Source: Piromyces finnis finn (Eukaryota; Fungi; Neocallimastigomycota). Taken from it: DNA of 64,000 nt. The notes below the pieces were generated by a model. It saw only the letters and a list, made by a program, of their open reading frames with translations, was not told the origin of the DNA and made no database searches. Both the position numbers and the translations under genes were made by a program. Shown one piece after another: positions 1-13,730 of the stretch. Location of the stretch: the NCBI GenBank assembly GCA_002104945.1, contig MCFH01000015.1:62001-126000 (forward strand). Reading direction: 5' to 3'. How positions within the stretch are numbered: the stretch's first letter is position 1; every line of letters begins with the position of its first letter.

Positions 1-23
1 ATTTAAAATAATAAAATAAAAAG

Positions 24-3000
24 GTTAATCATGAATTACATATCAAAAATTTATTCAATGGTATCGAAAATTTATGTGATCCAACTAAATTAGAATTTGT
101 CCCAGAAGAATTAAATGTAAATGAATTGATTATTATATCGATATATTTAATATAATATTAATTAAAATATTGTATTTATTATTATATCATAGAATGTTAA
201 AAACTATATAAAACAATTATTAAATACTGTAAGTGATGCTAAATTGATAATAGAACGTTATTCTATTAAATTTGAAAAAGATGAAGATTATTTAAAATTA
301 GAAAGAAAAGCATTTAATGAGGTATTAAAATATTATAAGGCATTTAATATATATATATTAAATAAAATATATATTTTAAATTAAATATAATAATATTGTT
401 ATTTTCTATTTTATTATGAAATAATTGACAAAATAATTATTTTAATAGATTTTTCAAAAGCAATCTAATGAAATTGAAAAATATAAGAATATTGAAGAAA
501 AGTGTAATTCGATGATAAATATATTAAATAAGAAAGAAGAGGAATACAAAGAAAAAATAGAAAAAATGAATAATGACAATAATATCTTATTAAATAAATT
601 AAAAGAAACAGAAGGAAATTATTTAAGTCTTATAGAAGAAAATAATTCAAATGAAAATGTCTTACATTTGGTTTCTAAACTAAATAAAGTATTTAATGAT
701 AATAAAAAAGAAATACAAGAATTGGAAATTAAAGAAGATGTTATTAATAATATTATATTAGCAATTGATAGCTTAAAGAAAATAGTTTCAAACACAAATT
801 TATATATCACGAATGAAGTTCAAACAGATGAATTATTAGATCCACAATATATTGAAAGGGTAACAAAAATTATATAAATTTTATTTGTATTGAGCAAATA
901 TAAGAAAAAAATTGTGCCTAAATAGATTAACATTTTTGTTATTGTTATTGTTATTGTTATATAATATATTAAATTAAAGTTGGAAAAGAATGTAGAAACT
1001 ATGACAAATCAAATTACTGAACTCAAAAAAGAAAATAATATATTTAAAGATAGTAAAAAAGAATTTGATACTATTATTAAAGAAAAAGAAGAAACTATTT
1101 ATCAATTAAAAATAAATAATGATGAATTTAAGAAAAAATTGGATCTTTCAAATGATGAAAAATATAAGGTTTGGATTATAAAACTCAAAATATAAATTAT
1201 ATGAAAGTTTATATATATATATATTAAATATCATATTTTAAAACAAAATAATTAATATAGGCCGATAAGGAAATTAATGAACTTAATAAAAAAATAGAAT
1301 CCTTAAAAAGCGATTATAAAACTAAAGATCTATCAATTCAACAATTACAAACTGAAGTTACTAAATTAAATAATGATAAAACAATAGATTCTAATAAAAT
1401 AAATCATTTAGAACAAGAAAATAAAAAAGTAGTTATCAATTATACTAATAATATATTACAATACCAAAAATTAGTATATTCATTAAAAATAAAAATATAT
1501 ATATATATATTTTTTTTAGATTGAAAGTTGTAGTGAAGACCGTCAAAAAACTATTGATAAATTAGCAAAGGAAATTGAAGAAGATAAGAAGAAGATCATT
1601 GAAGTAATTAATACCATTTTAATAATAATATATAATTTATTATAATATAAAATATTAATAAAAAAATATTATTTATAAATATAGTTAAATGATATGATTG
1701 AACAATACAAAAATACAATTGAAGAAAATCAAAATTCACATGAAAAATCAATAGAAACAATGAAAATTGAACATGAAGAAAGAATTGAAGATCTAACATC
1801 TCAATATAAGCAATCTTCGGAAAATGTATCTAAAGTTGAACAACAAGTATTTCAAGTATGTTTAAAAAACTTAAATATCATTTTGTTAAAGAAATAATAA
1901 GCATATGATTAATATTTATTCATTATATTAATATAATAAACCATTAGCTTGAAGAACAAGTTGTTGATTATCAAGAAAAATTCATGGAATTACAAAATGT
2001 ATTAGCAGAGCAGAAAGAATGTATAAATGAAAGAGATATTCAAATTAATGAATTATTAGCCCAAGTAGATTCATCTACCAACGAAATTCAAACTCTCCAA
2101 AATACAATAAATAATGTACTTTTTCTTTAATAATAAATTATATATATATATATATTGGAATACATTATTTGTGCTTATAAATTAAAATTAATGTTTTTAT
2201 TTTTTCCATAAAAGCTACATAATCAAATAGGTGATTTTGAAAATAAAATTAATGATATAAAAGAAGAAGCAAAAATTGAAAATATAAAATCAAACGAGTC
2301 AATAGATAAATTAAAGGAACAATATGAAACCATTTTACTTGATAAAGACTCAACAATTTCTCAACTAAATAATGATTACCAAGCAACAATTGCTAAAAAG
2401 GATGATAAATTAACACAATTAACTGAAAAATATGAACAAACAATATCAGAAAAATCAGAACAGGTTATTAGGTTAATTGAAGAAAATGAATTATTACTAT
2501 CAGAAAAAGAAGATATTAAGCAATTAACAAAAGACTTTAATAATAAATTAAATGAAAAAAACAACGAAATAGAAAGCATAAAAAAGAAATATGATTATAT
2601 AAATGAACAATTTAAACAAAGTGAATTCATAATTAAAGAAAAAGAAGAAAATATTGTTCAGATTAATGATGAATTAAAACAAAATAGTCAAAAAGTTAGT
2701 GAGCAGAAAAAAATTATTGAAAAATATAAGCAGCAACATAAAATGCAAATGGAAAAAGAAAAAGAAGAACAAAAAAATAATAATGAAAAAGATAATAAAA
2801 TAAAGGAATTAAATGAAAAAATAAAACAATTAGAAATGAATTCTATTGAGAAGGATAATATAAATAAAACCAATATAATGAACAATGATTATTATATTAA
2901 ATCAATTAATGAAAAAGATGCTGAAATTGATAGTTTAAAAGAAGAAAAAAAGAAATTTAAAGAAATAATATGTGAAAAGGAAAACAAAATATTAAGTTTA

Positions 3001-6000
3001 AATAAATATATTGATGATATCAAAGATACCAAAGAAAAGGACGATTTAATAAAAGATATAAGAAATGAATGTAATGATTTTAAACAACTAATTGACGAAA
3101 AAAATAAGGAGATCACAAAATTAAAGAACATTAAAGAAACTATCGAACAAAAAGATGAATATATTAAAAAAATAAAAATGGAAATGGAACAACTTAAAGA
3201 AGATATTAAATCAAAGGATAATAACTCACAGGAACTAAATGACATTAAAAGTGAACTTAAGGAAAAAGATTCTATCATTATGAACTTAAAAGAACAAAAT
3301 AAATTAATAAAAGAAAATTCAGACATGGCAGTTAAAAAGTTAAAAGAGGATATTATTAATAATAAAAAAGAAATTAATGAAAAAGAAAACATTATCCATT
3401 CCTTAAATATGAATAATGAAGATTTAAAATTAAAATATGAAAATCAAATGAAATCAATCAGTAATAAGGATGAAAAGCTAAAGAATTTAGAAGAAATTCA
3501 TGAAAGATGTCTACAAGGACACAAAGAACAAATTACTCAGATGACAAAGGATTATGAAGATAAGGTAAATCAATTGACATTAGCATATGAAAAACTCAAA
3601 AAAAATGAATATCAAAATGATGACAATAAAAGTTATATATCAGATTCTGATAAAACAAAAGTTTCACCTCATTTCAGTAATGGTACTGAGAATATGAATT
3701 ACAATGATATAGTTGTTATTAATAATAAAATATTAAGTTATAAGAATAAAATTGAAATTCTTACAAAAGAATTAAAAATGAAAATGAATACTGAAGATAA
3801 TAATGAATTAGACAAAGCAAAAAATAGCTGCGAAAATAGTCAAGGAATTATAAAGGACCAAACTAGCATTGATATTACTATTCAATATCAACAAGAACTT
3901 AATGAAAAAAATATTTTGATTGAAAAATTGAAAAAAGTTAACCAAGATATATTATATGAAAAAGATGAGCTTGTTGAAAAGTTAAGAACTAAAAATAATA
4001 ATAGTGATCAAGATTATATAAATTCATTGAAAAAAGAAAATGAAAAATATAATAATGAGTTAGAAGAATATAAAGTTAAATACAATGAACTTGAAAATGA
4101 AAACAGACAAGTTCAAGAATATTATGAATTGAACTTAGTTAAAATGGAAGAATATAAAAATCAAATTAATGAATACAAACAGCAAGTAGTTGAACTTACA
4201 GAAGTCAATGAAAATTACAAAAAAATAGAAAACGAATTAAATAATATGAAAAAGGAAAATAACAACTTTAATAGCAACTTTAAAGATAATATGAATATTC
4301 AAAATATTAATGAAAACGAAAACGAAGAAACTAAAAAACTTAAGAACGATCTGGTTATCTCACAAATTAATGAGCAAAATCTTCAAAATCAATTAAAACT
4401 ATTAAATCAAACATTGGAATCTGAAACGAATAAGATAGAACATTTGAATAATTTAAATGAAGAACTGAGAGCAAATATAGAAGAACAAACCCAAGAAAAA
4501 AATGAATTATTAACAAGATTATCTGAACTTGAGAGAAATAACCAAGAATTAAATGAACAATCTGAAAAATATGAAAGTATTCTTGCTGAAAACGAAAGAT
4601 TACGTAAAAGTTATTCTGACAGTGAAATTGTTTCAAGAGCAATGTATCATGAACTTCAAGATATGAGAAAAAAATACTCAGAATTACAGAATGAATGTGA
4701 TCTACAACAAAATAAATGTAGAGATTTATTAGATACCTGTCAACAGCTTGAAGAAAGATACAATAAAACAATGAATGAAAATGAATCTTTAAGACAAAAC
4801 TTGGATGATAATGAAGTTGCTTCAAGAACTATGTATCATGAATTACAAGATATAAGAACTCAATACAATTTAATGCAAAAAGAATTTGAAATGGAAAGTA
4901 ACAAATATCAAAACTTACTTGAAAATTATCACACTTCTGAAGAACATAATAAAAATCTAATTGCTGAAAAAGAACATATTCAAAGATCATTAAAAGAAGA
5001 AGAAGAAAAGTCAAGATCATTTTATTGTGAACTTCAAGATTTAAGAAATATTGTTAACAAAAATCAACATATTACTGAAGCTATGAAACAATCAGAAGAT
5101 AGATTTAATAACGTATCTGCTGAAAATGAAAGATTAAGAAAACTTTACGAAGACGAAAATAGAGCTGCAACAGATATGTATCATGAACTTCAAAGCATTA
5201 GAACTAGATATAATGAATCACAAAACAAATATGAACAAGAATGTCAAAAGAATCAAAAATATATTGCTGACTATGAGCATCTTAATACTCGCTTCCAATC
5301 ATTAACTACAGAAGCGGAAACATTACGTTCTACTTTAGAAGATAGAGAACATCTTCATAGAATTGCAGATAAAGAATTAGAAGAGATCAAAAAGAAGCAA
5401 AGTCATGACTATGCAATAATTGATGGATTGAAACGCGGTAATTATAATATAATAAAAATTAAAAGATAATTTTATATAAAAACTAGATGATATATATATT
5501 TACAATTAATTTTGATGGTTAATTTATTAGAATTAAAAACTTTAACCGAAAAGAATAAAATGATTCAACAAGGTAAATATAAATATAATTTATGTTTATT
5601 TAGTATTTTTTAAAAATAAAAAGTAAAATAAAAAAAAAAAAAAGATAAAATAAAATAATAATATTAATAATAATAAATTATAATTATTTAATTTTTATTA
5701 ATAATAGAACATAAAGTATTAAACGATGAATATACAAAATTGAAGCAAGATACCCAAAAGAGAAATAGCTTAAACTCTAAGCTTGATGAAAAATTTAAAC
5801 AAGCTTCAAATGAATTTAAAGTAATTAAAAAAAATTAATTGTTTATTAATAATATTATACATTATTATTCTAAATTTTTAACAAATATAACATATAAATA
5901 GAAATTAAGAGAAGATAATGAAAACTTATCTGAGAAGTTAAAGCATGATTCTTTAATAATAAAACAACTCGAAGCTGCTTTAAAACAAAAAGAACAGGTA

Positions 6001-8361
6001 AATTTTAATTAAAAATATTAAAATCATTTATACTAAATTATTAAATAACTTTTCTTATAAAAATAATTTTATAAAAGGAATGCTTAACTATGTTCCAAGA
6101 ATTTAATGTATTCAAATTAAAGGCTGAACATCAAATATCAAAGAACAATGAAGGTATATATATCGAAATAGTAATTAGCAAGGGTATAAATAAATATATG
6201 ATTAACAATTTATTAATATAAAACTTAACTTTTCTAAATAAAAAAAAAAAAATTAGCTTTAACAAAAGCACAAGAGATAAATAAGAAAAAGGTTGAAACA
6301 CTTGAAAATGAAATTAAAGAACAAAAATCAGTTAATACAGAAAAAGTTGAAGTATGTACTAAATATAGGACTCTATATTTACATTTTATTATATTCTAAA
6401 TGTATGTGTATTTTTTTGCTTTTTATAATTAAAAAAAAAAAAAAAAAATAGAAATTGGAACAAGAAATAAGTTCACTCAAGATTGATTATGAAAAAGAAA
6501 GCATGCTAAAGATAGAAAAAGAAACCGTAATAACTAATTTATAAAATAAATTAGATTAGATTAATACTTTGTATATATATAATAATCAAATAATCTTATA
6601 ATTATTATTTAGATTTTACAAGAAAAATCTTTAGAAATCACACAATTGCAAATAAAAATTAAAGAATTAAATGAAAAAATTAAAGATAAAACAGAAGAAA
6701 AAGCATTACAAGAAAATATTGATAAATTGAATACCCAAATTGAAAAATTAACTAGAGACAAGCAATTACAAGAATTAAGCACTATGGAAAAAATTGAAAT
6801 TCTTGAAAAAGAAAAAGATCAAGTAGTTGCTGAAAAACAATATGAAATTGATAGTCTATGTATTCAACATCAAATATATATTGATGACTATCAAAAAAAG
6901 ATTGATTCCTATGAAGAAAAAATTTCATCATTGAATTCAGAACTTTCTGAGAAGAACAATATATTGGATGAAACTGGAAAATTAATAAAAAATAAGGATT
7001 CTTTTACCTATGAAGCTTTTATGAAACTCATTAAAGAAAATAATGGAAATATAGAACAAAAACAAAAAGAGACACAAGTTAATATCAAATAATTATATTA
7101 ATTATTATTAAAAATAATATTAATATTTATTAAATTGAAATATATTCTATTTTAATATATAAAACATATAAAATAAGGAAAATAATTTGATTACCACTCT
7201 TCAAAAACAATTATCCCTAAAAGAGAATGAGGCTAGAAGTTATATCTATCAAATTCAAGAACTTGAAGGAAAAATAAGAATGATGGAAAGGTAAATAATA
7301 AATATATAATAATTAATAAAGAAATTTTATTTATAACTGAAATAAATAAAATATGTATTATTTTAATAATCTCTAATAAATAGCTCGTTAGAATATACTA
7401 AAAGAGAACTTCATAGACAAATTGCTAGATCAAATGAAGAAAAGACTGTTATAAAAAAAGAAAATATTAATTCTGATAAAGATAAAGAGGTATTATAAAA
7501 ATTAATATATATATATATTGATAATTTAAATAATTAATTGATTTATTTTTAATATTTTTTAAAATAGGTATTCTTATTAGAAATAGCTAAATCGGAATCA
7601 GAACGATTAAGATCTGAAATTTCACGACTTAAAAAAGAGAATCAAACACAACAATTAGTTTATGAAAATGGTAAATCACAACACCTCAATATACAAAATC
7701 TAAAAATTTTAAAATAACTAATTATATCCTCATATTCATCATCATAAAAATAATAATTATAAATTAATGTGTAGATTTATCACATTCACGTCAACTTCTT
7801 CAACAAGAAAGAAATGAAAATAAAATATTGAAACAAAAATTACAAAAGTCCAATGTAATTAAAAATCTTTTATTATTATCATTAATTTAATTAGTGAATA
7901 ATTCTATTAAACAAAAATTATCCATCAATATTAATTTATATATTTATTCATATATCTTATCGATATTATTTTTATTTTATCAATAGGAAAAAGATATTAG
8001 TAGTGGTTTACCTATTAGATCAGTTGTTAATGATGTTGTTCAAAATGAAATTAATAATGAAAATAACGATAGTTTTTTCCTTAGACATCAAAGATCAAAT
8101 AGATATTTAAAAGAAAATAATGTATTGCAATCATCACTAAAAGAAAACAATGATGATGATATAAAAGTAATATATTCTAAAATAATAATTGTATCTATAT
8201 TTAGTTGAAATAATTTCTTAATTCTTATACTCTTTTTATATATAAAAATATTTCACATTCTTTCATTACAGATACCGAAAAAAAGCCAAAGAAACATTTA
8301 TGTTGAAAAAAGAAATATTCATGTAAGAAATGAAAATCCAGATACTTGTAATCAACAATAA
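24..8361 (+). CDS. Giant coiled-coil protein, 5' end outside the window; about 22 exons and roughly 2,000 codons visible; C-terminus ...NPDTCNQQ*
   Basis: ORF-track pieces (512-877, 980-1195, 1694-1897, 2743-5469, 6646-7092) are E/K/N/Q-rich heptad sequence and can be joined through GT-AG introns. One large exon spans about 2215-5437. The last exons are 7987-8166 (phase 0) and 8272-8361 (IPKKSQRNIYVEKRNIHVRNENPDTCNQQ*). Some internal exon edges are approximate. Confidence 0.8.
4633..5385 (+). repeat. Internal ~63-aa protein repeat (SRxMYHELQD...) in about 4-5 copies
   Basis: SRAMYHELQD, SRTMYHELQD, SRSFYCELQD and ATDMYHELQS recur at spacings of 63, 63 and 52 aa in ORF 2743-5469. Confidence 0.8.
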
Positions 8362-9044
8362 TCACACATATAAATTATCAGACTCATAATTTAACATTAT
8401 AAACTTTAAATTTATTAGAATTAAAAAATATATATATCCTATGATATTCCTTTTTTTTAATATCTTTTAAATATGTTTTTTTTTTTTTTTTTTTATTTAT
8501 TTGTTTGTCTGTTTGTTTGTTTGTTTGTTTTTTTTTTTCATAAAATTTAATATTCTTTAGATAGTATTAAAAATATTGTTGTAAAGATATTAAAGCGTTG
8601 AAAATATATTATTTATATTCCCGATATAATATATTTTTTTATTTTTAAAAGCTTTATACCTTATTACTTCACATACATAAATATGCAATTTAATATATTT
8701 TTTTTTTTTTTTAACACTTTAATAAAAACTACTCAATGTAAATAATTTTATAATAATAATAAAAAAAAAAATATTTAAAAAAAAAAAGACATATTTTTGA
8801 TACTACTTTCATTCTATTTTTTATTTAAAAGTTGGCTTTATACATATTCAGAAAAAAATAATGATAATAAATAATTATAAACAGTTAAAATTAATAACTA
8901 AATAATTTTTTGTGTAAAATCAAAAAGATATATTTTAATAAAAATATAAAATTAAATTCCAATGATTTTTGCATTTTACATAGTTTAAAATTGAAATAAG
9001 TATTTTTAAACTAATTCGAAAATGATATTTAGTTTTAAAGAAAT

Positions 9045-9720
9045 TTATATAGATTCCAAAATTATTTTATTTTCATCTAAAAATGATTTTATTTCTTGTG
9101 GCATAAATATTTCTTCTTTTTCTTCAGCAGCATTACCATCTTTTAATTCTTCTTTCTCGAATAATGATTCAACATTTTTAAAATTTTTATATTTGTCAAA
9201 GTTTTTTATCATTGCATTTACTTTTTCAATTTGACCATTTTCCAATTCAAAAAGAAATTTCATTGCACTTGATTTTATTATAACAATAAAAAAAAATAAA
9301 AAAAAAAAAAACAATTAATTATTAAAATAAATAAAAAAAAAAAATAAAAAAATAATAATATATATAATAATATACCTTGCTTCTCCATATTGCTCACCTA
9401 CTTTAGATCCATTATCAAAACCAATTTTAAATCCTTTTTCAAAACTTTCTTGAATTGTGGATATTTTTCCATGATCTATTCCTTGAATATATCCCATCTA
9501 TGCGAGAAAAAAAAAAAAAAAAAGGGAAAAAAAGTTTATTATATAAATATTTAAATTAAAATTCAAATAAAATTCAATTATAGTATTACATGTGATTAAA
9601 TAAGAAACATTATGTATTACTTACATTTTGATTAATTTCACTCATTCTATTGTAATTTCTATCCGACATTATTCTGTCATATTCAGAGTCATCACAATCA
9701 TCCCATATATCATCATCCAT
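9045..9720 (-). CDS. YAE1: Yae1-family protein (Lto1-Yae1 adaptor for Fe-S maturation of Rli1/ABCE1)
   Basis: Exons 9720-9625, 9497-9376 and 9267-9045 splice in frame to MDDDIWDDCDDSEY...GYIQGIDHGKISTIQESFEKGFKIGFDNGSKVGEQYG. This has the acidic DDxW N-terminus and the GY..G...G...Q..F..GF..G pattern of Yae1_N. Confidence 0.8.
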
Positions 9721-10834
9721 CTTATTTTTTATAATTTCTAATTTTCAATTAATAATAAAAAGAAATAAAAAAAAAAAAGTTAAAAAATAAAAATTTTTAA
9801 TAATTTAGTTACACAATTTCATATATAGCAAATTATATAAACTTTAAATTTTTAAATTTTGATATCTAAAAATATTGGGAAATAAAGAAGCATACAACAA
9901 AAAATAAGCCAATTTAAGAATCAATTTTAATATCTTCATGACTGGATCCAACAGAAATTATAAATGCAGAGCCATTAATAGTAATATCACTAAAAGAAAA
10001 AAATTATTCCCAACACTCTTACAATATAGAAATCTAAATATCACGATCATCAGGACCCAAATCCGACCCTCCAAAAACCATGATGTGCTTTTACTAAATC
10101 ATCTACAAAAACCATTTAAATATAAATATATCATAGGTTTTTAAAGCTGTTTATTTCTTTTTTTATAAATAATAAATGATAATTAATAGTTTCTATTTGA
10201 AGATAAAAACCTAATGTTAATGAAAAAAATAAGCATTTATAAAATAATACAAAAAAAAAAAAAAAGCCTATTAATAATAGTAATACTCTTTATGAAATAT
10301 AATTACAAAAAAATAAAAATAGAAAATGAAAAAATCAATAAAAAATAAAAAATAAAATAAATAAAAAAATATAATATTTTAATAAATTTATAGAAATATT
10401 AAAATTACTAGCTCAATATCATTCCAAAAATTCTTTTATTTGTTAAAAAAAAAAAGATAAAGTTGAATTAGAAAAGTTTGAATTGAAGTTGGAAATATAT
10501 AATCTATTGATCTAAAATTAATTTCTCTTACTTTGAATTGACACGCATCATCTCTTCTTTAAAAAAGTTTTTTAAAATAAACAAAATTAAATAATCTAAT
10601 CCTTTATAAGTAAATTAACGAGTACTTGATTATTCACTTTGAAAAAAAATTTTTTTAATGGTTTTGAAACTTTAATATATTAATTATAATTTGGCTGCTG
10701 TTAATTCAAAAAAAATAAATAAAATTAGAAGAATTATAGTAAAATTTAATAAAACTTAAACTAATAAAAAAATGAAAACTATGTAATAACTTTAAAAGAA
10801 AAAACAAGCTACTATTATATTAAATCATATTGAC

Positions 10835-12120
10835 TTTTTTTTTTTTTTAACGGCATCAAATATTTTTAAACTTTATTATTAATTTAATTAAAATGATAAT
10901 ACATGTAATATAAAAAATTAAAAATAAAAATAAAAATTTAAAAAAAAAAAAAATGTTTAAATAAAAACAAATAAATAAAAATTGTGTATATTGTATTCTA
11001 GTAATTTTAATCAAAGTAAGAAAGCCATACTATTATACTAAAGTATAATAATTGCATTTGACTTCCAATAGGACACCAAGTCAAAGATCAAAATTTTGTC
11101 ATGGGACAAAATTATGATCTCCATTGGTTGCGCTGGTCCTCCTGGCCTATCTTACTGTTTCTTCAGCATTGATCTCCACTCTTGCAATATGGACAGTAGT
11201 TAGGATAAACTGGATCAACAAATTTTGCGGCTTTTGCAACTCTAGCATCCAGTTTGTATCTGCTTCTTGTTTTCAATAGTCAGTAGAAACCATTAGACAA
11301 ACTCTGGGTACTTATAACATAATTTAATAAAATCTTTAGTTTCAATGAATTTATTATCATCATAATATTGCGCTTTGATTGAATTCCTTTTGAGATCTTT
11401 CCAATAAAAGTTTTTAACTGCTTTAACATCACCATGCTTCTTTAATTTTTTATCAATTGTCCTACTTGATGTGCACCATGTATATTTTCTAAATTTAGGA
11501 ATCTAATTGACAAGGTATGAGATAATACAATTTGAGTTTTTCTACTTATTAAAATATCTAACCTGGGTTAATGCTCATTTGACTGATAATGGAGGAATAT
11601 TCAAATCTTTTGAAATAGAGTATAAAGATATAAACAATACAGCTTTATGAACTCCAGCAACCCATTGTATTCCTTTGTTAATATGCTTCTGAGCAATCCT
11701 AGACCTAGCTTTGTTGAATCCAAGTAATGGTGCAAAGTATAAAACTCTGCTGATCACTTGTGAATTAAGTACTAGCTTTTTGAAAGAAATGTGAATATTA
11801 GGATTTCTTAAGAATTTGCTGACTAAAAAAAGTCCTTTCAAAACCTTGTTATTAAGAGCTTTAATTACTGGTTTAAGGGGGAAATTCTTATCAAACGGAA
11901 CACCAAAATAAGTGGAATGGGTGTTCCTGCTAAGTAAAATTTTGGATCTTTCTTGTTCTGATTTTCTGCTGATTCAGGACGAATGACCATCGTTGAACAT
12001 TTCTGGATACCAAATTCCATTTCATTATACAAAACCCATTCATTAACTTTTTTTAGCATCTTTTTTAAGCATCTTCTTGAACTATATCATCTACAAAAAG
12101 ACCACCACAGCACCGAATGC
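10835..12120 (-). mobile_element. Decayed, 5'-truncated, internally deleted copy of the same LINE as in the 53-64 kb array
   Basis: Poly(T) at 10835-10848 is followed by AACGGCATCAAATATT, the same 3' end as the array copies. ORF fragments 11575-11841 and 11865-12059 match ORF2 but carry frameshifts and stops. There is an ~600-bp internal deletion near 11172. Confidence 0.92.
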
Positions 12121-12474
12121 TCATACTAACTTTTAACATAACTAGAAACCAAAATGCCACTAAAAATGCCACTAAAAATGGATCACTCAGTTAATGATTA
12201 TTGAATATTTTGATTTTCACACTTACCACATGTACAGTGATTCAAACAAATCAACTCAACTAATTTAGAATGTTGTTTGATTTTAAACTCTAACAACTTT
12301 CAGCTTATAGAATCCACATTAAAACTAATAAAATACAAAATGGTCATATATAATTTATTAAAATTATTTGTTCCATTACAATACTACGCTTTAAATGACT
12401 TTTATATTTTCACTTGCTAAAAAATTATATTACAATCCTAATCCTACTTTATCAATTTTTTAAAAAATAACAAA

Positions 12475-12758
12475 CTTCTAATTCATCAAAAATTAAAAAT
12501 CTTATTCTAAAAAAAATAATATTATACTTTATTTTTTATTTTTATCTTTATTAATCTTTATAAAATTTTACATAGTCCATTCTAAACAACTTTCCATATT
12601 TTGTATAATAATTTCCTTCTAATTCATCAAAAATTAAAAATTTTATTCTAAAAAAAAATAATATTATACTTTAATTTTTTATTTTTATCTTTATTAATCT
12701 TTATAAAATTTTACATAGTCCATTCTAAACAACTTTCCATATTTTGTATAATAATTTC
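12475..12758. repeat. Direct tandem duplication, two units of 141 and 143 bp
   Basis: CTTCTAATTCATCAAAAATTAAAAAT...CATATTTTGTATAATAATTTC occurs at 12475-12615 and 12616-12758, nearly identical. Confidence 0.9.
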
Positions 12759-13091
12759 AACCATTGACCTTATAATAACATTCCAGTAATATCTATTTTC
12801 TTCATTTATTTAAACAATCCAATTTCCATAATAATACTATTACATGATTTGTATTAATCTTCCTTTAAATTTCAAACACTTGATTTTATGATCCTTTTAT
12901 TAATGACATGATTAGTTTACTGTTTATAATGTACCCAAATTAATATAACAAATTTAATAATTATAATTATTCTCTATTTTGTACATAACACTTAAAAAAA
13001 TATTACTTTGTTTTCTTGATTTATATTTATAAATAATTGGTATCTTTTTATTATTAATAATAAAAGATTTTTTATACAGAATTTTAATTGC

Positions 13092-13730
<639 letters not shown>

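Noticed and set aside
2376-5020. Minus-strand hydrophobic ORFs (2376-2579, 2688-2885, 2892-3392, 4367-4825, 4829-5020)
   Set aside because: Antisense shadows of the A-rich coiled-coil exon (F/L/S/I-rich).
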